Source: Guillardia theta CCMP2712 (taxonomy: Eukaryota; Protista; Cryptophyta). Taken from it: a stretch of 64,000 nucleotides of DNA. Numbering within the stretch: position 1 is the stretch's first letter; each line of letters opens with the position of its first letter. The DNA lies in contig NW_005434645.1 of assembly GCF_000315625.1 (NCBI RefSeq), forward strand, positions 357,925 to 421,924, given 5' to 3'. Made by a program: the position numbers and the translations under genes. Under the pieces are notes generated by a model. It was not told the origin of the DNA. It worked only from the letters and a program-made list of their open reading frames with translations, and made no database searches. This document shows, one piece after another, positions 11,000-23,465 of the stretch.

Positions 11000-13552
11000 C
11001 TAGAACGAGTCAGCCCATCGAAACTTTAGGGCCCAAGAAGCCTCCAGCACCTCGTCATTAGCTCCAGCTAGGCTTCTCCCGTAGATATCTGCCCAATTAC
11101 GTAGATGCATGTTGCCTGAAAGAACGGAAACAGGCGTATGGTTTCCTTTGACTGACAGGAGGAAGTAGTTAAAATGGTGAGCCCGGATGTACAAGAAGCG
11201 TACCCTTGTCCTTTGCTCCCAACGGAATCTCCGGCCTGGACTCCGATACTGGTTCGTTGACGTGTTCAACAACATGAATGCGGAAGTAATCTCGGGAAGT
11301 TTTCGATTTCTTCGATTCCAACTCACAAAGGCCGCTGAACTGCCACAAACCGTCTTCAACCTGGGCCATAATCTGTCATGCGGAACTCTGTCATGCTTTC
11401 TACATCTTACGTTCATATCCCTGTCGATTTTCTCAACGAAGCATTCTAACCACATGTGCTTTCTCTTGTTGTCTTTCACTCCATCACATATTTGCACATG
11501 TTCGACGTCTGAGCTTATTGTCGGTGAAAATATGATAAAGTTTGAATCTTTTGGATCAGAAAATCCTGGAACTTCTTGCCAAGTCTTGCACATTATTGTT
11601 TCCCTTGTGTCAGAGCCTATTGTTTGTTGACAGACCACCGAGAACACAATACAACAGCTTACCTTGTAGCTCGGTAAGTCTCAGCACAACGTTCACTTTC
11701 GGCGAGCTGTTCTTTTCATTCGGCTATGAATTTGTATCAGTTTCATTCGAGAACGATTGACACAGACCTTGATCATTAAAAGCGGGTTCCATGCAGCGCA
11801 GGATAAGATGTTACTCGAGATGTTGTTGAGAGGTATTGACATTATCATTCTCTTGACTTGTCTGACTCTATCCTGTCGGAGCATCACTCTTCGTTCAACG
11901 GGTCCATGTAAACTCACTCTGGAGACTTCCAGGTAAAATGAAGGTATCTTCTCGTTTCCCTGAAAACAAATGTCAAGAAACAAGCAGAATCCCAGAGTCC
12001 CGAAGCTTACGGTGTGGTATAAAACTTCAGTGTCGAGTTTGTGAGAAATCGTACGCAAGTCTTTTGATTGTATTTGTATCATTGTTCTATGTGTTGTTTT
12101 AGACCTTAAGCAATAATAGGCCCAAACAACCGCTGACCTTTCCTCCTCCCCGGGGATAGCAATACGGATCTGCAATGGAAAGCACAAGGGAAAATTGCAA
12201 CACCGGAGGGACTGAATCTTGCTGTCAGTGTGTAGCAGATTATGGACAAACAACATACTAGGAAGTATCGTGAAAGTTTGCTCTTTTTCTTGCTGAGTGG
12301 TGACAATCGCCTATAGTATTTTCCTGCCCATGATCAGCAGCTCGATACCGGATGCGATCAATCGTTACCTTTACCATCACAAACAGATAAAGAGATCCAG
12401 TTTGCGATCACTTGCATACCATTGATTACGGCGTTGAGTTTCTTTTTTCTGTTTCCAGGTGCTGCAATGGCAGCTCTTGCAGTGTAAATGTGGCACATCG
12501 CCAACATGCCACTCAGAGTTTTGTAGGTGTTTTTCCAGTCTATTCCACTCGATCCGACTCCCCCCGGTCTTGTTCAGAGTTAGAGGATATCGGTTTTTAA
12601 GAAAATGCACGTTACCTTGAGCCCAGCGTTTCTTCGAATGCCAACCCATCAAAAGGTGACAAGTTCTGTGCGTTTAGCCATCATCATCCTTCCAAGAAGA
12701 AAGCAAAGAAGAAAATTCAGAATGTTACATTTGCTCCAAGTAACTGTCCGCAGGAAGCGAGTTCCAGAAGTGTCTTTCGAGCAGGGATGGGATAACTTTC
12801 AAGCTTGTTCAAAGTGAGTTGATCTGATTGATCGGATCAACAAGGAAGATCACAGAAAACTTCTAACGCACCAACGGCTATCCCGCTGCTCTCTGCTCTC
12901 TGCACAACCTTGTTTCCAAGTGCCCGAGCCGTAGGACCATGGCTCATAACTTCATTTGTTTCTGGCCCAAACCAACCTTCACTTCCCCATTCCTTGTGGC
13001 ATTTGCTCTGCCACCTATTTCCCCATCAACAAGTCAGGACAGAAGCGGATTCTTTTGTGCGAGTTAGGGTCAATGCTATTAGAAGCCAGCAAGCCATTTG
13101 GACGCACCAGTATTGATTGCATGACGACTTGAAAAGGTCACGAGAGCACAAGCTCAACCTGGGATACGATCGTGTCAGTGCATATGTCATCCGGAAGTTG
13201 GTATAGAGGCATATGGGGAGCCGTAGCAGCTGTTTTACCTTGCTAGAGCAAATCCATCCAGGCGATCTACAATCTTCTCCAATGAGTCACCAACAAGAGC
13301 ATCGATGAGGGAGATCCTCTCCGGCGGCTCAGATTCGTCTGCACCTTCCTCGGGACGCCCCTTGGCCCTTTCAGTTTGATTCCCACGACTAGCTACCGCC
13401 TGCTCGACGTCCAAGTGCCCTCCTGCCTCACAAGCAGGTCCGTCAGCTCTCAGTCTTGCTCCGGATCTCCCAGCATCATGCTCGCCTGCCAGCTTCTTCT
13501 TCACCTCCTCCCTCATCGCAGTGAGGTCGCGACGAGGCCGCAGGCGCTCCAT
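11000..13552 (-). CDS. F-box protein with an unrecognised C-terminal region, multi-exon, relatively AT-rich
   Basis: Spliced reading SLIDALVGDSLEKIVDRLDGFALAR-LSLCSRDLFKSSCNQYW-WQSKCHKEWG is F-box-like and is joined by GT-AG introns. Downstream same-strand ORFs 12377-12652, 11693-12256 and 11000-11647 are the likely remaining exons. Confidence 0.55.
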
Positions 13553-13668
13553 GGCAACTCCACAAACTTGCCGGACTTGGAAACTTTGAACTTCGGTTCT
13601 GCAACTTCAGGGAGATAGAAAGTTTCGGGGTTCGAACTTTCAAACTTCCACACTTCCGAATCCGTTGA
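13553..13668. promoter_or_regulatory. Short bidirectional promoter rich in AACTT/AAGTT
   Basis: Lies between the divergent F-box and EF-hand genes and contains about seven AACTT/AAGTT pentamers. Confidence 0.5.
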
Positions 13669-16600
13669 ATGGCGTGGAATGCGACTATGGACGGAGCGGG
13701 GAGGCGAGCGGGGGGAGGGGCAGGAACAGGGTCAGGAGGGAGAGAAGGAGAGTACCGTGGGAAAGCTTCGAGCCTGAGGAACCGGGGCAGCACAGAAGAC
13801 GACGATGGGCATGCAGAAGGCAGGAACCGGCTCTCGTTGGAAATGCGAAAGATGGTGCAGAACTCGGTGCGCGGGCGGCTCTTTGGCGTTAGCGATCACC
13901 TCAGAAGGATGGCGAGGGGGTCGTCAAGGGATGGAGGCGTCGGGCTAGTGATTGAGTGTTGGAAGATGCTCTTCAATGTCGTCTACGAACACCTGAGCAA
14001 CGGGAAAGCGGTAGGACCCTTTAGATGATGGATGTGCGTTGACGATGAACACTGAGTTGTTCAACGATGGCAGATGAGCATCAGCGGGCTAGGAACGTTC
14101 TTCCCGTGTCTAGAAACATCCAAAGACGTCGCTCTGGACCTAGACAGTGGCTTCCTCGCCAAGTGTCAGGTCTCTTACCGCAAGGATGTTAAGAAGGTTC
14201 CTGCCGCCATGGTCGCGCATCCTGTTTCGTTCACCGAGATTGCGATGAAGTGCGACATGAAAAGAGATGTTGCTGCAGACATTCTAGTCGGTCTGCTTGA
14301 GAGCGTGAAGGAGGATGTAAGTCCTGAGAGCTCGTCTGTTAGTGCTGGTGACCCTTACGCAGGTAGCGAGGGGGGAGCTAACGGGGCTGGATATGTTTCC
14401 TGTAGGGGCACTTCTATTCGAGAATCGACAAGCACGTTTCCTATCAGCGAAGCTGAAGGTCCAAGAGCAGCCTGCTCAAGAGCCGGCGAAGGCAGTGAAG
14501 AGAGAGACTATCACTACTTCAGACAGGAGGCAGGAGGAGATGAAGTACTGGTCCATGTCAACTTCGGACAGGTCCAAGATGGGGCAAACCAGCTTTCTGA
14601 TCCAGAGAATGAAAGATGCAATCAGCAGACAGTTCTCGAGCAGTGATGATGTCTTTGCCTTCTTCACGAACGACAACTCGACGATCACGGTAGAGCAGCT
14701 GGTAATGAGAGGAAGGAAACCAAGAAAGATAAATGCACCTGACACGGTCTCTTCCAGATCAGTGGGATACGCAAGATAGCCGACGTCGCTGACGATGAGC
14801 TTGCAAGCTTCCGCAAGCAAGTGCAGAAGCAGCACGGGAGTGTCCTGCACAAATCTGACTTTGAGAAGCTCTTGAACCTGGACAAGCTCTCGCAGAAGGA
14901 GCTGCTCTGCTTCAAATGCATCTATGACGCCGTCTACATAGCGAAATCTACTCTCAAGGAGATTTTTCAGCTGGCAGACAGAGATGTTGATGGCAAGGTG
15001 GGAAGGAGAAAGAGAGGGGCCAGGGAGATAGGATGCGATAGGGAAGCTAGAGGGTCGCACACGAGGTTCGATCAAGGGCGGAAGAACGGAGGAGGGAGGA
15101 AGGGATGGGGGTAGAAGGGAGGCAGAGAAGGCTAGAGGATGAGATGAATAGCGTGTGAGAAAATGTTCAGGTCTCATTGGAAGAACTTGCGGCAGTCATG
15201 AGTGAGGTAGCGAGCATCGACCGGACTGAGGTCAAACGATCCCTCGACATCCTGAGCAAGTCCTATCTCGAGCGGCAGGTCGTCCTGCATGCCTTGCTCC
15301 ACTCGCTCCTCACATGTCTCCGTAGGGGCTCTCGTGGGACTTGAAGAGGAAGTGGAGCTATGCCGAGCTTGCGAGCATGTTGGAAGGTCATACCCGCCCC
15401 TTCGACTGGGAGCAGGAGGTGCTGCTGCGCTGTCAGAGGTGGATGGTGCAGCACGGATACTCGCTGGAGCAGGCGTTCAGCTTGATCGCAGGAGGGAGCA
15501 GGAGTGGGATAAGCAGGAAGAGGTTTGGGGAGTGGATCCTCCAGATCGATCCACTGCTGTACCTCGAGCATGTTGACAGGATCTTCAACAAGTTCAAGCT
15601 GGTTGATGGCGAGGTCCGTGCTGTTCTGTGCATAGAATTTCATCCTCGATGTATCTCAACTCTCAGTATCAAGCGTGTTGTTCGTGCATGCACGTTTCTC
15701 CGTAGAATTCTGCTCATGTTCGTTTGTGCCAGATCCGCAAGGCAGACTTCACTTCGAGGCTCAACGGCATCGTCCTTCAGATGCAGGAGAAGGCCTTCCG
15801 CTGGCTCGAAGACAAGCTGTTCGAGAAGAAGAAGACCCTGCAGGCACTGCTCATCGAGTCTGACTTCAACCGAGACGGCAAGGTAGTCAGCCTCGGCTCC
15901 CCATCGTCGCCATGACGCCAACTTCGTGTCAGGTGTCGTCAGAGGAGTTCCTGCGCATGGTGAAGATGCTCGATCGGTCGCTTTCGGAAGCAGAAGCGCG
16001 GGAGTTCGTCAAGGCCCTGACCCTCACAGAGCTGCAGGTGACCGACAGGCCGGGAGGAGCTGGGAAACTTGCTGACGTCACTTCTGGGCAGGACAACGTA
16101 GACGTGCTGAAACTCCAGAAGAGGTTCGACCATCACAACGTCCAGTCGTCTGAGGCGGACGCGAACTTGCTGGAGAGCATCCAGAAGGCTCTGATCAGTA
16201 GAAAGATCTCCCCAAAGTCCTTCTTCGACAAGGTGGGCCTCCCTCCTCCTCCTCCTCCTCCTCCTCCTCCTCCTCCTCCTCCTCCTCCTCCTCCTCCTCC
16301 TCCTCCTCCTCCTCCTCCTCCTCCTCCTCCTCCTCCTCCTCCTCTTCCTCCTCCTCCTCCTCCTCCTCCTCCTCCTCCTCCTCCTCCTCCTCCTCCTCTT
16401 TTTCCTCCTCCTCCTCCTCCTCCTCCTCCTCCTCCTCCTCCTCTTTTTCCTCCTCCTCCTCTTTTTCCTCCTCCTTTCTCCCATCGCCTGCTCGGCTGAC
16501 TTTCATGCATGTCAGTTTGACCGCGACAGAGACAGCAGGCTCTCAGAGGTGGAGCTGACTGAAGGCCTTCAGTCCTTAGGAGTGAGCTGCTCGAAGCATC

Positions 16601-17782
16601 AGGTGTGCGTCCGCTGTGCCGAGCTCCTCCTCCCTGCTCTGGCCTTGTCGATGTCGCCAGCTAACCTTGTGGATGTCGCCAGGTCCGCAAGCTGATGTAC
16701 CTAACAGACAAGGACAGCAACGGGTTCCTGGACATCGACGAGTTCGTCGGTCGATTCGGGTTGGAGTCCGTCAAGAAGTCGGACAAGTTTGCTCATCTGG
16801 CCACCAAGGTTGGAAACTTGTCAACTGTCTACTTGTGCGCTTCTCGTGCTGACGTGGCGTTTGTTGTCCCATCACGTTGCCTCAGCTCTCCCTCTACCTC
16901 TCCAAGCTGGGCTACACGGGCGCGGAGCAAGTGTTCAAGAAGTTCGCCAAGCAAGACTTCATTGGCTTCCAGGAGTTCAGGAGTCTGATCCAGCACGCGC
17001 GAGTGAAGATGAGCGTGGAGGAGGAGGACGTCATGTGGAGGACCCTGGACGTGAACAACAGAGGAAGGCTCAACCTCCGCCAGTTCATCTCCTCCATGTC
17101 GGTAGGAGCCTTTAAGATGTCCTCCTCTTCCCACCTCCGCGGCGACCAGGGCGGCAGCGCAGTGGACGCAGCGAGGATGATCAAGGACATCGCCCATGCT
17201 CGTAGGCAAACCATCTCCGATCTCTTCGTCAAGATCGACAAGGACAATGACGGGTACGTTGGGATCGAGGACCTGGACAAGTTTGCCCCAGAAGTCGCTT
17301 CCTTCTCCCTCTCCTCCCAGCGTTCCAAGTCTAAGGCTGTCAAGGCTGATGTAGCACAGCGAGACCTTGCGGGGCTGCTGCGGGGCACCAACAAGCTCTT
17401 CCTCGACCAGCACGAGTTCGTTCGGCTGATCGAGAAGTTCGTTCCCAACGTCCCCGTGGAGCAGGCGATCTTGTATGTGCAAGAGCAGCTGTTGAAGACG
17501 GCCAAGGGAGCCAAGCTGAAGTCTGCGCCAGTCAAAGTCCACAAGAACGAGATCCAAGACATGCTGAGAGGAGGAGGGTTCGATGCAGAGGCGTTCGATC
17601 AGCTGCTGGACATGCTGGGGAAAGATCATGATGGAAACGTGGTTGTACCAACCATCGTTCCCCTTGACTGGAGGGAAGTGAAGAGGTGAGATGGAAGATA
17701 GGGGGGAGATGAGGAGGGAGGGAGTAGGACAGAGAGGGTAAGAAGACAGGTCGGAAGGAGATCAAGGACAGGAGGGTCCGCC

Positions 17783-17867
<85 letters not shown>

Positions 17868-19649
17868 GTTGACGATACAACTTCTGTTGCTCGCTCGCTG
17901 TCTTTTGACCGTGTCTCTCAGGCTGATGCACCACATCGGAACTTCGCTCAGCCGCAGGTTCGGCTCAGCTGATGCACTCCTTCAGAAGCTCCCGCCACCA
18001 GCAGGCGCTACTGCGACCGCAGCACAGAACAAGTCCTACAACTTCGCGTCCATGGTCGACCTGGTGGAAGACGGAGGCATCATGAACAAGAAGCAGCTTG
18101 CAGCAACTCACTGGGATCAGATCTGCGAGAGGCTCGGGGGCAAGTCGGGGACGATGAGCGAGGAGACGATACGGAACCTCATGACGACTTATGACTTCCG
18201 GATAGAGCTGATGAACGAACTCCAGGACGCGGTTTATGACGGAGGGCACAGGCCAGAAGACCTGTTGAGGAAGAAGGAGTTCGGAAGGGACGACTTCTGC
18301 AACCTCTACTGCTCGCTGCTCAAGAGCAGGACCATCTCCGAAGCTACCTTGCTCTTCGACTGGCTGACCAGCTCGCAGCGATCGAAACACTCGTTGACCC
18401 GAGCGCAGCTAGTCAACCTGCTGTTCGGCTACGACAAGCCGCTCGACTGGGAGCGAGAGAAGCTGGCGGAGCTGTCGGTCGACATCAGAGCCTCCTTCCG
18501 CACTGTTGACGAATTCCTCAAGATCCTCGATTTGGACAAGGTCAGCGGGCCAGCAGGCTCTGCATCCTCCCTCCCCCTCCTTCTCTCGACTTCTCCAGCC
18601 TCTCCCTCCTCTCCTTCCTGCTCTTTCGCCTGCTCACCTCACATCCAAACGTCCTCCCCTGGATCTCCTTCCCTGATCGCCACAACGTTAGCTCACTCCC
18701 GCCTTGTGTACAGGACGGAACTGTCTCCGTGAAAGAGCTGCAGGTATGGGAGAAGGGGGGGAGGGAGAGGAGGAAGGGGGGGGGGGGAGCGGGGGTCAGA
18801 CATGCTGACGTGTACGACAGAGCGGGTTCTCGAATGTGAACATGAGGCTGACGAAGCGAGACGTGCGGCTGCTCTTCCTTGCCATCGACGAGGTCCAGAG
18901 CAAGTGGCTGCGCCCTCCCGAGACTGACCCCCCGATGACTCCAGGACGGCAGCGGCGACCTCGACGTCGAGGAGCTGAGAAAAGTCTTCTACGACGCCGA
19001 GTCGAAGGAGAGCAGGGGGGAGAGCATCCAGGTGGGGAGGGACGACAGGAAGCGAGCCATGGAAGATCGATGGGCCAGGCTTCGAAGGGTCCGCCTCGCA
19101 AGGCTGCTCGCCAACTTCTTCCCCGACGTCTCCAGCGCCTTCCGAGCCCTGCAGAACGCTGGCCCGGCGCTACGGAATCAGCAAGGTGTCTCGGCCGCTC
19201 AGTTCACCAGCGGCTTCACGAGGATATTCGAGGAGGCCAAGATAGCAGCTCCTAGCGCAGAGAAGCTGCTCCAGATCTTCAAGGCGGCGGTGAAGGATGC
19301 GCTGGTGATGAGCTTCAGTCAGTTCGCCTCCTTGTTCTGGCAGGGCAGTAAGGAGGAGAGCAAGCAGCTGCTGCCCTCCCAGGGGCTCAAGAACGCAATC
19401 GAGTCGATGAAGCGCAAGGAACAGGCGATCATGAAGAGGCTGGAGGGGCAGGGGAGGATCAGGCGGACGCAGCTCGTCGAGGTCCTCCAGGCCTGCGACC
19501 TCAAGTTTGACCAGGAGACTCTTCAACAGGTGCGCTCGCGTCTTCTTCCACCTCCTCATGCTGACTCGTAGCAGATCCTTGACTTCGCAGGTCAGGGGCA
19601 CGGGACGATCGACGTCCCGGCGCTGCTGCGAGCTTGTCAACGCAAGTGA
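13669..19649 (+). CDS. Large multi-EF-hand protein with an N-terminal CCDC81-like (HU-fold) region, multi-exon
   Basis: EF-hand loops DRDVDGKV, DFNRDGKV, DRDRDSRL, DKDSNGFLDIDEF, DVNNRGRL, DKDNDGYVGIEDL and DLDKDGTV. N-terminal CWKMLFNVVYEHLSNGKA-MSISGLGTF...VSFTEIAMKC...LDMFPVGALLF resembles tandem CCDC81 HU-like domains. Start may be 13669 or 13843. Confidence 0.75.
16242..16475. repeat. Intronic (CCT)n microsatellite
   Basis: Long cct run with occasional ctt/ttt variants. Confidence 0.95.
17782..17866. repeat. Intronic (GAT)n microsatellite
   Basis: Perfect gat run. Confidence 0.95.
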
Positions 19650-19704
19650 GGGAGGAGGAGGAGGAGGAGGAGGAGGAGGAGGAGGAGGAGGAGGAGGAGG
19701 AGGA
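19650..19704. repeat. (GGA)n microsatellite just after the stop codon
   Basis: gga run following TGA at 19647-19649. Confidence 0.9.
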
Positions 19705-19817
19705 GAGGTTTTGTACTCTAAGCTGTAGAACTAAATTGAATTCATTTTTAACAAGAACATTTTTTCTAGGTTAAGTGGACCTTGAGGTCTCATGTACATG
19801 ACTGCTCTGATCTCATC

Positions 19818-22700
19818 TCACACTCTCCAGCTCTCACGCCTCAAGCTCAAGATAAAATCCCTCCAACACCTGAACATCGTCGTCCTCCTTACCAGCGCCG
19901 TCACAAGCTTCTTGATCGACATCATTCGTTTCTCTGCCACCTCCAGTGCAGCAAACTCTCTGTCTATGGCAAGTTTATCGAACACGTCGGCATCATTGCG
20001 AAGCTTTTGTATCTCCTGAGGAAACAAGAATCATCAGTGATGTAGATAGAAGCAACTGATGGTTGTCTTCACCTGGCTCAGATTAGAGACTTCTCGCTCC
20101 CTGTGTTCAAACTCAACGACTATCAGCTTCAGGATCCCGCGGAGGTCGAGGAATGTCAACTCCGCACTTTCAACAGCTCCCGACGTTTGCATGCTAGACC
20201 ATTCTCCCGTCTGATGATTCAAATGCTCCACCATGCTGCTCATCGCTTGCCTTCCTTGTTCATCTAGCCCCGAGAGCGATATGACGTACACACAATCTTG
20301 GCTCAGCACCCGAACGAGCAAGACTGATTCCCGCGGAATACCATTACTGAGCATTCGTTCCTTGATCAGCGCAAGAAGCGACTCCAACAAGTCATCTTCA
20401 GTTTGAGCAGAGCTCACAACAAGGTGAAGCTTCAGGGCCATGAGAGAACTCTCCCCATCCCTCACGCAGGAACCCTTCCAGCCCTGCAGAGCTGATCTCA
20501 TCCTCCCCGTCAAATGTCTTTCTTGCAGCTTCGCCAACCTGATCGTCTTGTGTTTCGATATGAGCCCCAACTGCTTCCACGACCGGAACGTGCTCGTCGA
20601 CGTGTGATGAGACTTGGAGTTGAGATATGTCTGCACCTGAGCTTTCCTAGTGGTGCGATTAAGAAGAGAAAGCATCTTCCACTTGTGAAAAATCCCCTTG
20701 AGCATCTTGATGGAAAAGAAGTTTGAGTACTGGGCTTCCAACAACATCATCTCAGTCTTGGCGTGCACAACGTGCTGCCATACATGAAGCCACTTCTGAG
20801 CCACCAGCACATCGTGCATCATGCTTCTTGCAAGGATCTTGTGCTGCCGGTGGACATGCTCCCGCCATGCTCGGAGAGTGTCTTGCAGGAGCATCTCTGC
20901 AACCCTTGAGCAAAGGAGGAAATGAGTTCGACGGATGTACCGCCTTGATTTCACCAGGTAGAACCAAGATGCGATGATGCGATGTTTGACGTGCGTTAAC
21001 AAGATCCTTTGATGGCGTGTGAAGAACTTCCTTTCAAACCCGGACGAGACTATCCAGGCAACGAGGCTTTCCTTCAAGTACTTCCTGTTTCGTGATTCAT
21101 GCATGCGGTAGACCTTTGCGTTGCATAAGCGCAAGCTATTCACATGGTCAAACCATTGCGCAAGAATCAAATGGAACCGCCTTTGCAGTCTTCGCATAAT
21201 TAGCACATACCCGTAACGAAAAAATGTTTTCTCAGTCTCTGCTTTGTTCTTCCACCCATAAAACACTTTCAGTAACAATCTTCGAGTTCTGCCAACCAGC
21301 TTGAGAGATGTACACAGCTCAGTAGGCAAAGAGCATTCTAGCAGCAAGGAGCTATCTGACTGAGACTGGTCCCTGCCAACTCGAATTTGTTTCCATATCA
21401 GCAGGAATTTAGTTTTCAAACCAAGTAGCACTCTCGCATACATTCTGCTTGCAGCTGAGATGAATCGTTTTGTATAAATTATTCGTTCCCTCCACGTTTT
21501 GATTGTTGGCTGTAAAGTAAATCTATTTCCTAGCCGAAAAATGTAAGATTTACTCAAAGTTTCCTTTCTTTTTCTCTGGATGTGCATGGATATGCAGTCT
21601 TTCTGCAAAACTAAATTCAAAAGATTTGAGCATAGATATGAATATTTCCAAGCAACCATTCGTTGTAGATGGGTACAGTTTCTGCAGGCATTCTTCCAGG
21701 ACATGAAATGTCTTCGAGCTCGCATGGAATCTTTCAAAATGTTGCATTTCTCCCTCCTTGCGTGTTTGACATTCATGGCCCAGAACCAGAAGCTTTGCTT
21801 CATTTCCTGAAGGTCCATCCGATGTCTGCTCAGATCCAAAACAACATTCAATCTCTCTACGTCAAACAGTCTTGTATCCGGCAGAAAGCTCTGCAGAGAC
21901 GCATCCGACCCCTGCCATCCCCGCTCGGTTCCAGAAGAGGACAGGGGAGCGAGGGAGCTATCTTGACCGAAGGAAGTCTTTTTGATCAGCCCCTTCTGTA
22001 TCAGCTCTTGGAAGGACGCGTTGTTCTCAAGCACAGACAAGTCCTCCAGATCGATCACAAGGTTGAAAGTGTAGAAACGATGAGCATTCCCCGACACCTC
22101 TCGCAGTTTCTCTGTGACCACGTCATAGATCACCTACGGGCACCCCATCGTCAGTAGAGCACGCGTGCGGTAGCAGGAGATACATCTTTGAGCTGCTTGT
22201 CCGAGGGATTGTAGTCAGGATGCAAACCGTCTTCAACCAACTGATGAACAAGTCAGCGCTGATCGACACGTGCACATCACTTCCAACCTTCCTTTGGATG
22301 TTGCTGAGCAGGTGATTCACATTCTCCCTCCGACTTGATGGTCGTACAAGGCATCAGAATTCACAGTTGAGAGAGAAACAACCTCACAGCTTAGGATCTG
22401 GTGAGCTTTGATGAAGCCTTGAAGGCGACAGGCGAGAAGAGTTCATTCTGATTTCAATGGGATTCAAAACTACATGAACCCATCAAAGGGATGAACTGTT
22501 TCTGTAACACTGACGGCATTTCTTCCAGCTTCAATTCGGGATCTCTTTGTTTGCACACAAAGCCCCTGGGTAAATGTTACAACGTCAAGACCAATTTCAC
22601 TTCAACGCATGCTCACTAGTGCACACTTATGCTGACTTACCTCAACGAGTTCTACTGCCACCTGTACCTGCCGTCGTCCTCCAGCCTCACCTAAGCTCCT
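19818..22700 (-). CDS. Sfi1-repeat-like (putative centrin-binding) helical protein, multi-exon
   Basis: ORF 20034-22133 has regularly spaced basic/hydrophobic Trp motifs: FYGWKNK, LAQWFDHV, LVAWIVS, IASWFYLV, LRAWREHV, LHVWQHVV, FHKWKML, FRSWKQL and LQGWKGS. The last exon has FRCWRDF. 5' end uncertain. Confidence 0.6.
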
Positions 22701-23465
22701 CTTGCGCCTTCCATGCTGTCTTGGTCCCAAGCTTGTTGGAGCATTGCGACTCGCCTTGGATGGGGGATGAGGGCTAATGTAGGGCCCCGGAAGTGCCGTT
22801 AAGTCAACCGTACGGACCAGCGTACGGACAGCCCGCTGGGACTCGGGAATGGATCGCATACCAGCTGAGCCGTGCCAGTCAGATAGCACCGAGTTAACTT
22901 TCACAAAACTCAGTCCGACTCCTATACTACCGTAAACTTGAAACCAAGACTGAGCCTCGGAGACGACCGTCCTTGATTGAAAGGTTGCGCCGACTCAGGC
23001 GGCGGCAATCATGGCATCATGATGGCAGGCCGTGTGTAGGCTACGTTTCAAACGTTTGACGCAGGTCACCTCTCAGTATGTCAGCCTGTTTCCGAAGTTC
23101 CAATCCGTCTAGATGCTCAGTGCCGGGGTTTCAAGGACCGCCTGCCGCCTCAGTGACTAGGCTAGGGCCGCGCCTGCCATCTATCTTTGGCGGGCTCGCC
23201 GTCTTGTGCGGCGGCACTGACTAAAGTTTCAACGAGCGGGCAACCAGCCACGGCGCCGAGTCCGCCGGGCCCCGGGCCCGGCCCGGGTGCCGGACGGTAC
23301 AGGCTGAGTTTCAACTTCAAGTTGACTCAGTGACGGCGCCGCGACTCGGAGCATATTCTTGAAAACTTTACTCAATATCAGTACCCCCCACATACCCCTA
23401 CTCTTGAATGATAAAATGGGGTGATAAAAGGGGGGTAGTGGAACAGCTAGCCCATGGCAGGCAGG

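Noticed and set aside
10767-11003. 78-aa ORF after the DUF3054-like gene
   Set aside because: Non-ATG start, lies in convergent 3' UTR space, and has no recognisable motif.
15912-16510. Poly-Pro/Arg/Gly/Glu ORFs
   Set aside because: Artefacts of an intronic (CCT)n microsatellite.
17532-17972. Poly-His/Met/Ser ORFs
   Set aside because: Artefacts of an intronic (GAT)n repeat.
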